64,000 nt of DNA, taken from positions 8,437,464 through 8,501,463 of the forward strand of contig NC_081400.1 in assembly GCF_030684315.1 (NCBI RefSeq), in the 5' to 3' direction. This DNA is from Stegostoma tigrinum (taxonomy: Eukaryota). Below are positions 52,587-64,000 of the stretch, piece after piece. Each line of letters starts with the position of its first letter. Position 1 is the first letter of the stretch. The translations under genes were made by a program, and so were the position numbers. Below the pieces are notes generated by a model, which worked only from the letters and a program-made list of their open reading frames with translations, made no database searches and was not told where the DNA came from.

Positions 52587-55064
52587 TGTATGATGACAGT
52601 GTGAAATTCAGAAGCTGATTTTTTTCCTCCTTTTTATTTATTTGGGGAGAGGCTGCAACGTCAGGGCACAGAGCAGTCCATCAGAATGATTGGAGTAAAC
52701 TGCTTGAGGGGCCTTGTTCTTTTCTCACAGTCCGAGTGGGTGTGGCCATCTCTCGCAGAACCAGATTTCTTGGGTTTATTTTAGTAGCAGAAGAAACCAC
52801 TGGAGTCTCATCAGAATTGGAAACTTTAGTGAGCATCTCCGAGCTGCAAATCTCTCTAAATCTTCTCTCGATTGTGCTCCCTCCTGAATTGGAGAACAGC
52901 ATGTGAGAATCTGTGTCTGAATTTGCCTTTTTGTCAAGCTGTGTGTTATTCAATGTTGCTGTGTTGGAACAGATAATGAGTATTAAGCTCTGTATCTATT
53001 ATGTGGTTAAGATTTCCAGTACTTAAGTTATCCTAAATTCCTCTTTGCTTTGTATGTATTTTAAATATTGTTACTGCTTAACGTTGAGTGTTTGACCAGT
53101 TGCATTTCATCTGGAACATGGCATTTCACGTGCACCTTTCAAATTTTAACAAAATTAAAAACAAATCTGGGCTACCAGCTTAAAATATGTTGAGGGGGTC
53201 AGGCCTGATACATAACAAATTGGATGTTGTTTTTGAGATTCAAATCTACAATCACAAATTGGATTTTGGATTTTTGGAGTCAAAGGTGACATAAGGCAAG
53301 TGTTACGTTATTTTCTCGAATGTGGAATTTGGTTGGATTAAGCAGGGTATGCCCTATGTAGCAAATGACTCTTTCACTCTCTAAGAGTTTTCTGAAGGTG
53401 GAAGAAGTGACTTCACGTGTTCTACAAAAAGTGAGAAAGACAAATCTTTTCGGATTTCAAACAAGCTGGGGTTTGGTTTATCTGGATCTGGGAGGTATGA
53501 TGAGATATTTGTGGAAATTTCACGGTATGTAATGTTACCAGAAATGACATTGGCATCTTTGGAATTCACTAAAAGTCAATCACAAATGAAGCAGCTTGAA
53601 TTAGAGGCAAAGGTAAAAAAAAGAATGACTTTGACAGAACAAAAAGAAAGAGAGAAGGAAATTGAAACAATTTGAATTATGATTAAAATACCTCGCATAA
53701 GAAAGAAAGAAAAACACTAAAGAAAAGCAGAAAGAGAAAGAATTTGAACTTTGGAAATAAGCAATTAGAAAGAAAAGTCGATTTAAAATGATGGTGATGA
53801 AGTTAGAAGGTAGGTTAAGTGAGGAGGATAGTGATGATGGGCAAGTCCATAGTTGAAATGATATGGTGGGGATCTGTTTAAATATATCCAAACATTGCCT
53901 AAATCCAATGAGTAGGGCGAATAATCATTTCTCATTACATTTGAGACAGTGGTTACCCAAGTGAAATGGCTTATAGCCATGTGGGTATTGCTGATCCAAA
54001 CAGAGCTGTCAGGCAGAGCTGTGAGGTATTTGCATCATGATCAGAGGAGGTATTTGGAGAGTACAAAGTGGAGAAGAATGGATTCTAAAGTGCATCTGAG
54101 TGAGTGCCAGGAGCCTACAGACAGTATTTCAGGAATCGAAGGAGAGACTCTGGTCAAACGTACATTGAGTTTGAAAGGAAAAAACAAAGTAATTTTGATG
54201 GAGAATAGCATGGAAAATAAACCAGACATATGATGCACGAGCAGACGTACGAGCAAACATAATTGACAATGGATTGTCACGAATTTGATGAAGAAAATTG
54301 GAGGCAAGAAAAATGGGAGTAAATTGATTGACACAGACTGTAGTTGTAAATATTTGAATGCTGAGAGCCAGTATAATGTAAAAAGTATTGTAGTGTACTA
54401 ATAGAGTTAGACCACGGATTTTAAAAATGAAACCAACTTTTTATATTGCTGTTTCACTCTTTTTAAGGGGGCAAGTGTGGAGATATTGTGACTTTAATAA
54501 CTTTTTTCTCTTTTTTTAAGAGAGATCGTAAAACAGAGGGAGGCCTTTTGTTTAAAAAAATGTGGTCTGAATGTGTGTGGTCAGCTCTCACAGATCCAGA
54601 TTTCTGGTTTCTGTTTAGTTTACAGCAGTATGACAAGATATTAAGCTCTCTAAAGAGTTTGAAGCTTCAGTGACTGTCTCGGAGGTGTTAATCTCTCTGA
54701 ATTTCCTCTTGACTTTGCCCCTGGATCGAAGAACTGCATGGGGAAACCCATGCCTGAAGTTGCCTTTTTGCCGGAGGGTGTGTTTGTGGGATGTTACTCT
54801 ATTGAAACAGTTAATAAGTAATAATTACTGTATCTCTTCTTCAATTAAGTATTCCAATAGTTAATTTGTTATAAACCCCTCATTATTTTGTTTGCATTTT
54901 AACTAGTGTTGGAATAAAATGCGTGTCGCATAACTTCAATTAGTTTGACCAGTCACAGTGCAAATGGAACATGACACTTGACATCTTCATGTGAAATAAG
55001 AAAATGTCAAGGGTTAGGCTATCTTCTTAAACAATCTTGAGGGAGTCTTGTCTGATCCATAACA
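52587..55064 (+). mobile_element. Internally deleted Gypsy element: 5' LTR (to 53217), gag relic, RNase H end, PPT and 3' LTR (54476-55064)
   Basis: Both LTRs end in taaca. The gag relic has gatctgtttaaatatatcc. 54240-55064 matches 11130-11984. Confidence 0.75.
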
Positions 55065-55144
55065 CATGTCAGCAATTTGCCATCCATGCTGTGGGAGACT
55101 TCCTTTGATAATTTCCTTTTCTAATGTTAGAATTGATCAAATGC

Positions 55145-55906
55145 CTTAATACATGGAAGTGCATGGTAAAATAGGGCAATGTCAGCACAGCTTCATCAAG
55201 GGGAGGTCATGCCTGACAAATATGTTCAAACTCTTTGAAGAAATAATAAGCAAGTCAGACCAGGGAGAGCCAATAAATGTTATCTAGATTCAAGAAGGGC
55301 TTTGACATGGTGCCACACAGGAGGCTGCTGAGTAAGGACACATGGTGTTAGAGGCAAGGCATTAGCATGGATAGAAGTTTGGCTGACTGGCAGAATCAGA
55401 GAGTGGGGTCAAAAAGGTCTTTCGCAGGATGGCAGTCAGTGATGTACGGTGCTCCACCAAGCTGCACCACAGCTTTTCACGTCATATGTTAATGATCTAG
55501 ATAAAGGAACTGAGTACATTCCGGCTACGTTTGCAGGAGATACAAATACAGGTAGAGGGACAGGCAGTATTGAAGAGATTGGGAGACTGTAGAAGGATTT
55601 GGACAGGTTAGAAGAGTGGGCAAATAAGTGGCAGATGGAGTACACATAGGAAATTATGAGGTCATGCACTTTCTGAAGAAGAATAGAGGGATGGACTATT
55701 TTCTAAATGGGGAGAAAATTCGGAAGTCTGAAATGCATAGAGACTTGGGAGTTCTGGTCCAGGATTTTCTCAGAGTAAACTTACAGGTTGAGTCAGTAAT
55801 TGGGAAGACAAATGCAACTTTGGCATTTATTTTGCGAGGACTTGAATATAAAGGCTGGGATGTACTTCTGAGGCTCTACAAGGCTCTGGTCAGGCCACAT
55901 TTGGAG
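55145..55906 (+). mobile_element. CR1 LINE RT fragment
   Basis: ORF 55628-55933 (LYKALVRPHLE). Paralogous to 12065-12764. Confidence 0.85.
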
Positions 55907-56058
55907 GTTTTTTTTGAAGATGTGTGCATGTGAATTTTAGATGTTGACTCAATGAGAGATGGTGCTTCTGGGCAAGTCTGACTGAGAGAGACTGTGTTCG
56001 TGCACAAGAGAGTATTATGTTATCATGTTATATTGTATGGAGTGAAAGGTCTCTGTAT

Positions 56059-56059
<1 letters not shown>

Positions 56060-56107
<48 letters not shown>

Positions 56108-56112
56108 TGTGT
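56060..56112 (+). repeat. (GT)n microsatellite
   Basis: Directly visible. Confidence 0.95.
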
Positions 56113-56789
56113 TTGTATGGAGAGAGAGAGAGGTTGCACCTACTACAAGTGACAAGGCAGTCACAAATCCCTCCCAAAAATATTTGCAAGGTAGGCCAGG
56201 GAAAAGAGGATTGTTCAATCAACTTGCTTCAAATCCCAACGTTGAACGAATTCTGCAAATTCCACCTCAAAATTACTCAACACCAGACATGGAAACAACA
56301 TCAGTACTGGAAAAGAGCAAATGCAATCCCCTTGTGACTGTAAACAATCTGTCTTTACTTCGTGTTTATTGTTATGCATAACAATTGTTGTTATTAACTT
56401 CTGTTCTCTGTTTTTCTTGTTAAGTACAATGTCCTGAAAACAGGAACCTTATGATTATTGCGCTGATTTTTGGGAGAATCATTTCCACTTTTTCTTTCTT
56501 ATTCACACATCAACCTTTCAAAAGTAAAGTGATGTTCGATGGTGTTATAAAATGCATTGCGATTTGGCAAAAAGTAAAGTTGCCACAACCCGAACAGGCA
56601 AAGATTAAAGATTCTTGTGATTTAAACTGAGGTTCACAATTCCTCAGGTGAGAGAAAGTGTTGAGAAGTGGAACCTTCATGGGATCCCCAGTCAGTGAGG
56701 GAATTAATCGCCCTCTATTGGCATTATGGTGAATTGCAAAGCAGCCGTCCAGCCCCTCACTGAAATGAGTTCACAGAATTCGAAGATGA

Positions 56790-57500
56790 TGAAATGTGAG
56801 GCTGGATGAACACAGCAGGCCCAGCAGCATCTCAGGAGCACAAAAGCTGACGTTTCGGGCCTAGACCCTTCATCAGAGAGGGGGATGGGGTGAGGGTTCT
56901 GGAATAAATAGGGAGAGAGGGGGAGGCGGACTGAAGATGGAGAGAAAAGAAGGTAGGTGGAGAGGAGCGTATAGGTGGGGAGGTAGGGAGGGGATAGGTC
57001 AGTCCAGGGAGGACGGACAGGTCAAGGAGGTGGGATGAGGTTAGTAGGTAGGAAATGGATTTGCGGCTTGGGGTGGGAGGAAGGGATGGGTGAGAGGAAG
57101 AACAGGTTAAGGAGGCAGAGACAGGTTGGACTAGTTTTGGGATGCAGTGGGTGGAGGGGAAGAGCTGGGCTGGTTGTGTGGTGCCGTGGGGGGAGGGGAC
57201 GAACTGGGCTGGTTTCTGGATGCAGTGGGGGAAGGGGAGATTTTGAAGCTGCTGAAGTCCGCATTGATACCATTGGGCTGCAGGGTTCCCAAGCGGAATA
57301 TGAGTTGCTGTTCCTGCAACCTTCGGGTGGCATCATTGTGGCACTGCAGGAGGCCCATGATGGACATGTCATCTAAAGAATGGGAGGGGGAGTGGAAATG
57401 GTTCGCGACTGGGAGGTGCAGTTGTTTATTGCGAACTGAGCAGAGGTGTTCTGCAAAGCGGTCGCAAAGCCTCCGCTTGGTTTCCCCAATGTAGAGGAAG
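56790..57500 (-). mobile_element. Penelope-like element 3' fragment (GIY-YIG C-terminus plus pLTR)
   Basis: ORF 57131-57367 (MSIMGLLQCHNDATRRLQEQQLIFRLGTLQP) is nearly identical to the end of ORF 33839-34309. Confidence 0.9.
56847..56878 (-). ncRNA. Minimal type I hammerhead ribozyme motif (consensus-intact)
   Basis: Minus strand ctCTGATGAagggtctaggcccGAAAcGTCag. Confidence 0.8.
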
Positions 57501-57568
57501 CTGCTCAGTAAGGCAATGTCTACAGCAATGTGTGCAGCTTAAATTGTTTGCCAAAAGAACACTGTTGG

Positions 57569-57662
57569 TAGCGAGTTTTGAGAAGATTTGTAGCTCAGTT
57601 TGAGGTTCTGGATGTGAGTTTACTGGCTGAGGTGGAAGGTTCGTTTTCAGACGTTTCGTCAC
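57569..57662 (-). mobile_element. Poseidon-like pLTR 3' part, cut inside its hammerhead (Tx1 target site)
   Basis: Reverse complement aligns with 20797-20891. It begins gtgacGAAAcGTCtg exactly at the Tx1 poly(A) junction. Confidence 0.9.
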
Positions 57663-57935
57663 TTTTTTTTATTTGAAAAAATATACTTTATTCATAAGCT
57701 GTACAAAAAATAAAACATTTATTCACCTACCCAGTCATGCAAGCCATTCCGGGTTACCCAGGGGTACGTACACCAACTAAAGGGAAAAAAACAAACAAAC
57801 AAATAAAACCAAATAAAATACCCCGGCAGTTGTCACCCCGCACAGTCCCTGTTGGCCCCCTGACCAGTTGGGGAAGGCGCCAGCTGGGCCCAGTTACCAG
57901 ATAGGGCCTTTTTTTTCTATTCTGGATGCGGGGTT

Positions 57936-60900
57936 TCATACGATGGTCTTTCCCCACCGCGCCTTGGCGGCGGCTGCCCCAAGCTTTAGTGCGTCCCTCA
58001 GCACGTAGTCCTGGACCTTGGAGTGCGCCAGTCTGCAACATTCGGTCGGGGTCAGTTCTTTCAGCTGGCAGACCAGCAAGTTGTGGGCAGACCAAAGAGC
58101 GTCTTTCACCGCATTGATGGTCCTCCAGGCGCAGTTGATGTTGGTATCGGTGTGCGTCCCGGGAAACAGCCGGTAGAGCATGGAGTCCCGTGTCATGGAG
58201 CTGCTCGGGACGAACCTCAACAAATACCACTGCATCCCCCTCCAGACATCCTGCGCATAGGCACACTCCAGAAGGAGGTGATCAACAGTCTCCTTCCCCC
58301 CGCAGCCACCTCGAGGGCAGCGTGCGGTGGTGCAGAGATTCCGGGTATGCAGAATGGATCTCACTGGCAGAGCCCCCTCTCACCGCGGGCCAAGCAATGT
58401 CCTTGTACTTGTTTGAAAGTTCTGGCGATGAGGCATTCTGCCAAACGACTTTGGCAGTCTGCGTGTGGAACCACACGACGGGATCCACCCTCTCCTTTTC
58501 CCGAAGGGTCTCGAGAATACTACGTGCTGACCACTGCCTGACGGCCTTGTGGTCAAAGGTGTTTCCTTTCAAAAATTTCTCCACGAAGGACAGGTGGTAC
58601 GGAACGGTCCAACTACTCGGAGCGTTCCACGGCAACGATGCCAGGCCCATCCTTCGCAACACCGGGGACAGGTAGAACCTCAGTAAGTAGTGACACTTGG
58701 TGTTTGCGTACTGAGGATCTACGCACAGCTTGATGCAGCCGCACACAAAGGTAGCCATCAGGGCGAGGGTGGCGTTTGGTACACCCTTGCCCCCATTTTC
58801 CAGGTCTTTGTACATGGTGTCCCTGTGGACCCGGTCCATCCTCGACTCCCAAATGAAGTGGAAGATGGTCCGGGTGACTGCAGCGGCGCATGCCCAGGGA
58901 ATAGGCCAGGCCTGCGCCACATACAACAGTACCGAAAGCCCCTCGCACCTGACAACCAGGTTCTTACCCGTGATGGAGAGGGACCGGAGCATCCACCTGC
59001 CCAGCTTCTGCTTCAATTTGGTGATACGCTCCTCCCAAGTCTTAGTGCACGCCCCAGCTCCACCAAACCAAACACCCAGCACCTTCAGGTAGTCTGTCCT
59101 GATGGTGAAGGGGATGAAGAAGCGGTCGTCCCAGTTCCCGAAGAACATGACCTCGCTCTTACCCCTATTGACTTTGGCACCCGAGGCCAGTTCAAACTGG
59201 CCGCAGATGTCCAATAGTCTACTCGCCGACCAACGATTGGTGCAGAAGACGGTGACATCGTCCATGTGCAGGGAGGTCTTGACCTGAAGGCCTCCGCTGC
59301 CTGGGATAGTCACGCCCTTCAGGCTCACATCCTTCCTGATGCATGCAGCGAAGGGCTTCACACAGCATACGAACAAGGCAGGAGAGAGCGGGCAGCCCTG
59401 CCTGACTCCAGATCTAACAGGAAAACTGTCCGATTCCCACCTGTTGATCGAGACTGCGCTAATGATGTTGGCGTAGAGCAGCCGGATCCAATTACGGATG
59501 CCCTCCCCGAACCCCAATTTGGAGAGGACATCCCTCGTGAGCATGAGAGACCCTGTCGAAGGCCTTCTCCTGGTCAAGGCTGACGAGGCAGGTGTTCACC
59601 TGCCTGTCCTGCACGTAGGCGATTGTATCCCTGACGAGCGCGAAGCTCTCAGCGATCTTCCTGCTCGTCACAGCACAGGTTTGGTCAGGGTGAAACACCG
59701 ACTCCAGGACAGACCTGACCCGGTTGGCTATGACCTTGGCCAGGATTTTGTCGTCTACGTTCAATAGTGAAATGGGACACCGATTCTTAATTTCTTCCCT
59801 CTCCCCCTTCCTCTTGTAAATGAGGGCGATGATGCCCTTCCTCATGGACTTGTACATTTCCCCTGCCCGAAGCGCACTATCGTACACCTCCAGCAGGTCC
59901 TGGCCAACCAGGCCCCACAGAGCGGAATACAGCTTGATCAGTAAGCCGTCGTTTCCGGGAGTCCTATTCCTCTCCAAGGCCTTGAGGGCTAAGGTCAGCT
60001 CGTCCAGGGATATTGGCCGGTCCAGCCACTCCCTTGTGCCGTCGTCTAAGACCTCCATGATAGACGACAGGAACGACTTGGAGGCCATGCTGTCCATGGG
60101 CTTCATGTCGTACAGTCCAGCATAGAAGGATCTGCTAATCCTCAAAATGTCGGGCCGAGACGACGTCACCGAGCCGTCGTCCTCCTTCAGCCGGCTAAGC
60201 ACAGAGCTCTCTTTGCGCACCTTCTGAAAGAAGAAACGTGAGCACGTCTCGTCCTGCTCCACGGAGCGGACCCTGGACCGGAAGATTATCCTGGAGGTCT
60301 CCGCGGTGAAGAGTGAGGCTTGCCGGCCCCTCACCTCGCGGAGGTCCTCCGTGACATCGACCCCCATCAACTGCAGAAGGAGCAGCTTCTGCACCTTTTT
60401 ACTGGAGTCGCGACAGCTTTCCCCGCCTCTCTCTCACCTTCCGAACACCCTTGAGGACAAAGAACCTCTTAATGTTCTCCTTCACCGTTTCCCACCAGTC
60501 GCCCGGAGACTCAAAGAGGAGTTTTACGGTTCTCCAACTGGCGTACTCCCTCTTAAGCTCCTCGATGTTCTCTAGGGTCAACAGAGTCGTGTTGAGCTTC
60601 CACGTCCCCTTGCCGTCCGGCTGGTCGTCTTGTAAGTGACAGTCGGCCAGCAGGAGGCAGTGGTCAGAGAAGAACACCGGCTCGACGCCGGTGGACCTGA
60701 CCGAGAATGCCCGTGACACAAACAGGAAGTCTATCCTTGAGCGGATAGACCCGTCTGGCCGCGACCAGGTGGACCTCCGCTGCGCTCTGTCTGCAGGGGT
60801 GCTGAAGACGTCGAGCAGCTTGGCGTCCTTCACCGTGCCCATCAGAAATCTGGACATGACGTCCAGTTGACTCCCCCCACCCGCTGTCCCCACGCCGGAT

Positions 60901-61357
60901 CTTCCATCTGCATCAATGATGCAGTTGAAGTCTCCGCCTAGGATGACCGGCCTGGACGTAGCCAGCAGGGATGGAAGCCGCTGCAGGACGGCCAACCGCT
61001 CACTCCGCACCGCTGGGGCGGACACGTTGATCAGCCTCAGGGGAACGTTCCTGTAGGTGACGTCAGCCACTAGGAGGCGCCCCCCCCACCACGTCCTGAA
61101 CTTGAGAGATGGTGAAGTCGCGCCCCCGCAGCAGAATAGCCAGGCCCGAGGAGCGACAGTCGTTACCCACCGACCAGATCGAAGGCCCACCAGGTCCAGG
61201 CGCCGGACCATTTCCCGTAACTGCCGAGGTGCAGTATCCCGCACTCCTGCAGAAACAGGAGGCCTGCCTTGATGGTGGTCAGGTAGGCCAACTTGGATAC
61301 ACATCTTGCGGTGGACTTGACACCGCGCACATTAATGCTCGCAACTCGTACGCCCAT
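57936..61357 (-). pseudogene. Tx1 ORF2 (APE endonuclease, RT, C-terminal zinc knuckle) with several frameshifts
   Basis: Pieces in ORFs 61163-61387, 60399-61304, 59492-60394, 58282-59577 and 57936-58364. Motifs: SINVRG, LQE, GGDFN, RIDF, SDH, LDQEKAFDRV, GVRQGCPLSP, HMDD (expected YMDD), CPRGGCGGKETVDHLLLEC. Confidence 0.92.
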
Positions 61358-61389
61358 TGTGGGCAGTGACCGCAGTACCCTCCCCAAGT

Positions 61390-62793
61390 CAAAGGTCCAG
61401 CCCCTCCATCTGTCCCTTCATGCCCATTGCCCGGGCTATCTGCTGGATGCTCTCCGGGCTCAGGAAACCATCCGTGCTGCCTTCCAGGTGGCATCCCCCC
61501 GTAGGGGTGCGGAGGCAGGAGGGTCTGGCTCTGGGTCAGGCTGGGGACGCGCTGTTTCCTCCTTCCCGCCTGGAAGTTCCGGGGGGCCCTCCAGTGCCCC
61601 AGCGGCGCTTGACTGGGTGTCGGAGGGTGCCTCAGGATTCCTCCCGTCACCTAGAAGCGTGGTGCTGCTTGCCTTCTCCCTCGAGATCTTTAACTTCTGC
61701 TTCAGGCGGGCCCTCTCCGAATCCCCCTCGTCAGAGGAGCTCTTATAGCCCCCCTGTAGCTGCCTCTTTCCACCTGATGGTTGCGGTTCCTGGGCCCGTC
61801 GACGCACCTTCCTCCTTGCTTTCAAGACCGTCGTCCACTCCCCTGGGTCGGCTGTCGCCACCTCCTTCGACTCCAGGTTGTCGGGGGGGAGTGGAGCCTG
61901 CAGGGGCGCTTTGCTGGCCTCGGGCCCATCCTGTGGGGCTGGGCCCTCCTGCACGACCTGGCCCTCCTGCACATTAGTGGGGTCCTTGCTGGGCCCTGGT
62001 GCCTTCCTCTCCTCCGGGGGGGCTCGCCCCGCATTGCCCCTGCCAGCAACCTGGGCGTAGGTGGTCCCCCGCTGCAGGCATGCCCAAAGAGGTGGCCCGC
62101 TTCCCCGCAAAGGTTGCAGCTTTTCTCTTGTGGGCAATCTTTTGCAAGGTGTTCCTCCTCGCTGCAGTTCTTGCAGATGGTGACTTTGCAGTCGGCCGCC
62201 ACGTGGCCTGACCTATCACAGGCATGGCAGACTTTAGGTTGCCCTGCATAGGTCAGGTAGCCCTTGCTCCCGCCAATCGCGAAGCTGGACGGTGGGTGTA
62301 CAATGTTCCTGTCCGCGCCCATCCTCAGCGTCACCTTGACCTGCCTCTTACTGGTCCAGATGCCAAAGGGGTCCATGATGTCAGTTAGGTCCCCTTCCAC
62401 CTTCACGTACCTCCCAAGGAAGGTCACGACATCAACTGCTGGCACATGCGGGTTGTACATGTGTACAGTCACCATACGGCTCCTCTGCTCTGGCGTCACA
62501 AACAACGGGACAGTGGTCAATACAGAGAGTGGGCCCTCACTTCCTTTCTCCTTGAAAACCTCCAGGAAGCGCTCGCAAAGCTTGGCACTCCTGAAGGTCA
62601 TGTCGTAAAAACCTCCTCCTGGGAAATCCTGCAGGCAGTAAATGTCCGCAGCAGTGAACCCACAACAGTCCAACAGGACCCTCTTCATGAAGAAGGTGCG
62701 GTCCACAGGTGCACCTTCATCCACTTTCTTCACGGAAACACGGATGGTGTTCCGGACCCCCTGACCTGGGGCACGAGCACTTGCCGCAGCCAT
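61390..62793 (-). pseudogene. Tx1 ORF1 (gag-like, three CCHC zinc knuckles), frameshifted
   Basis: Starts MAAASARAPG at 62793. Knuckles CHACDRSGHVAADC, CKNCSEEEHLAKDC and CNLCGEAGH. Continues in ORF 61460-62137 (TTYAQV); end approximate. Confidence 0.88.
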
Positions 62794-63007
62794 CGTTGCA
62801 GGTTGGCTGCTCCCCTGAACCAGCGTTAGGCCGAAGCCAGCATTAAGATCCACCGGTTGCAAGGGTGCACAGCCAACCCGACATCCTCCTTTCACCTCCA
62901 ACACAGCACTCTCCTCCTCTCGGTCCACAAGAGAGTGGGTCTTTATTTTGTTCCAGATGTAAGCTGGTTCACCGAGCTTGAAGGTTTGTTCCCAGATGTT
63001 TTGTCAC

Positions 63008-63760
63008 TTTTTTTTATTTGAAAAAATATACTTTATTCGTGAGATGTACAAAAAAAAACATATTTATAGACCTACCCAGTCATGCAAGCCGCTCCGGGTT
63101 ACCCAGGGGGTACGTTCACCAACTAAAGGAAAAAAACAAAACAAAGAAGAAAAAAAACAAAGCAAAGAAAATACCCCGGCAGTCGTCACCCCGCACAGTC
63201 CCCGTTGGCCCCCTGACCAGTTGGGGACGGCGCCAGCTGGGCCCAGTTACCAGATAGGGTTCTTTTTTCCTATTCTGGACGAGGGGTTTCATACCGTGGT
63301 CTTTCCCCACCGCGCCTTGGCGGCGGCTGCCCCAAGCTTTAGCGCATCCCTCAGCACGTAGTCCTGGACCTTGGAGTGCGCCAGTCTGCAACACTCGGTC
63401 AGGGTCAGTTCTTTCAGCTGGCAGACCAGCAAGTTGCGGGCATGCCAAAGAGCGTCTTTCACCGCATTGATGGTCCTCCAGGCGCAGTTGATGTTGGTCG
63501 CGGTGTGCGTCCCGGGAAACAGCCCGTAGAGCACGGAGTCCCGCGTCACGGAGCTGCTCAGGACGAACCTCGACAAATACCACTGCATCCCCCTCCAGAC
63601 CTCGTGCACGTAGGCACACTCCAGAAGGAGGTGATCAACAGTCTCGTCCCCCCCGCCCCCCCCGCAGCCACCTCGAGGGCAGCGTGCGGTGGCGCAGAGA
63701 TTCCGGGCATGCATAAAGGATCTCACTGGCAGAGCCCCTCTCACCGCCAGCCAAGCAATG
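63008..63760 (-). mobile_element. Tx1 copy 2, 5'-truncated, flanked by a perfect 16-bp TSD
   Basis: ORF 63289-63744 matches the ORF2 C-terminus of copy 1. ccagatgttttgtcac occurs at 62992-63007 and 63761-63776. Confidence 0.93.
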
Positions 63761-63776
63761 CCAGATGTTTTGTCAC

Positions 63777-64000
63777 TTTTTTTTTATTTGAAAAAATATA
63801 CTTTATTCATAGAATGTACAAAAAATAAAACATTTATACACCTGCCCGGTCATGCAAGCCATTCCGGGTTACCCAGGGGTACGTACACCAACTAAAGGAA
63901 AAAAAAACAAAACAGAGAAAACAAAACAAAAACACAAAGCAAAGAAACCGCCCCGGCAGTCGTCACCCCGCACAGTCCCAGTTGGCCCCCTGACCCGTTG
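63777..64000 (-). mobile_element. Tx1 copy 3, 3' UTR, continuing beyond the window
   Basis: Same poly(A) junction and 3' UTR as 57663-57870. Confidence 0.9.

Larger units (their letters stand above)
44710..55850 (+). repeat. Segmental/tandem duplication unit, copy B (5' flank of the VJ-C1 gene)
   Basis: Colinear with 1-12764. Retains about 2.2 kb (49282-51493) missing from copy A, and lacks about 470 bp (about 2195-2665) present in copy A. Confidence 0.95.
57663..62991 (-). mobile_element. Full-length Tx1-clade non-LTR retrotransposon (copy 1), disrupted
   Basis: ORF1 with CCHC knuckles, ORF2 with APE, RT and zinc knuckle, and a 3' UTR ending in an A-rich tail at 57663. Confidence 0.93.

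Noticed and set aside
56015-56381. ORFs with CV/HT dipeptide runs
   Set aside because: They are translations of the (GT)n microsatellite.
58023-62829. Many overlapping plus-strand ORFs over the Tx1 element (similarly over the Penelope elements)
   Set aside because: They are antisense shadows of GC-rich retroelement coding sequence with no independent motifs.
57648-63776. Repeated cagaYgtttYgtcac motif as a CRISPR-like or recombinase repeat
   Set aside because: The context is eukaryotic and the intervening sequences are Tx1 copies, so the repeats are explained as target-site duplications.

Overview
Repeat-rich vertebrate genomic DNA, almost certainly from a shark or ray. This is inferred from HE1/V-SINE-like SINEs and the accompanying CR1, Penelope-like and Gmr1-type Gypsy elements. 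One intact host gene can be assembled by hand on the minus strand (about 37385-44269). It has six coding exons with GT-AG junctions and matching phases: leader, germline-fused VJ Ig domain, C1-set Ig domain, uncharged TM, and two cytoplasmic exons ending in a TFYAPL tyrosine motif. The predicted product is a 305-aa non-rearranging, antigen-receptor-like, probably inhibitory receptor. Its upstream flank (44710-55850) is duplicated at the window start (1-12764), which implies a tandem cluster with about 44.7 kb spacing and a paralogue just left of position 1. The right end holds a head-to-tail array of Tx1-clade non-LTR retrotransposons (one full length but disrupted, one 5'-truncated, one running off the window). 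All three join at the same nucleotide inside the hammerhead ribozyme motif of a Penelope-like element, with a 16-bp target-site duplication, suggesting a ribozyme-targeting site-specific retrotransposon. The remainder is decayed CR1, Rex1/Babar, Penelope-like (many with minimal hammerheads), Gypsy/LTR and SINE sequence. Boundaries of decayed repeats are approximate.
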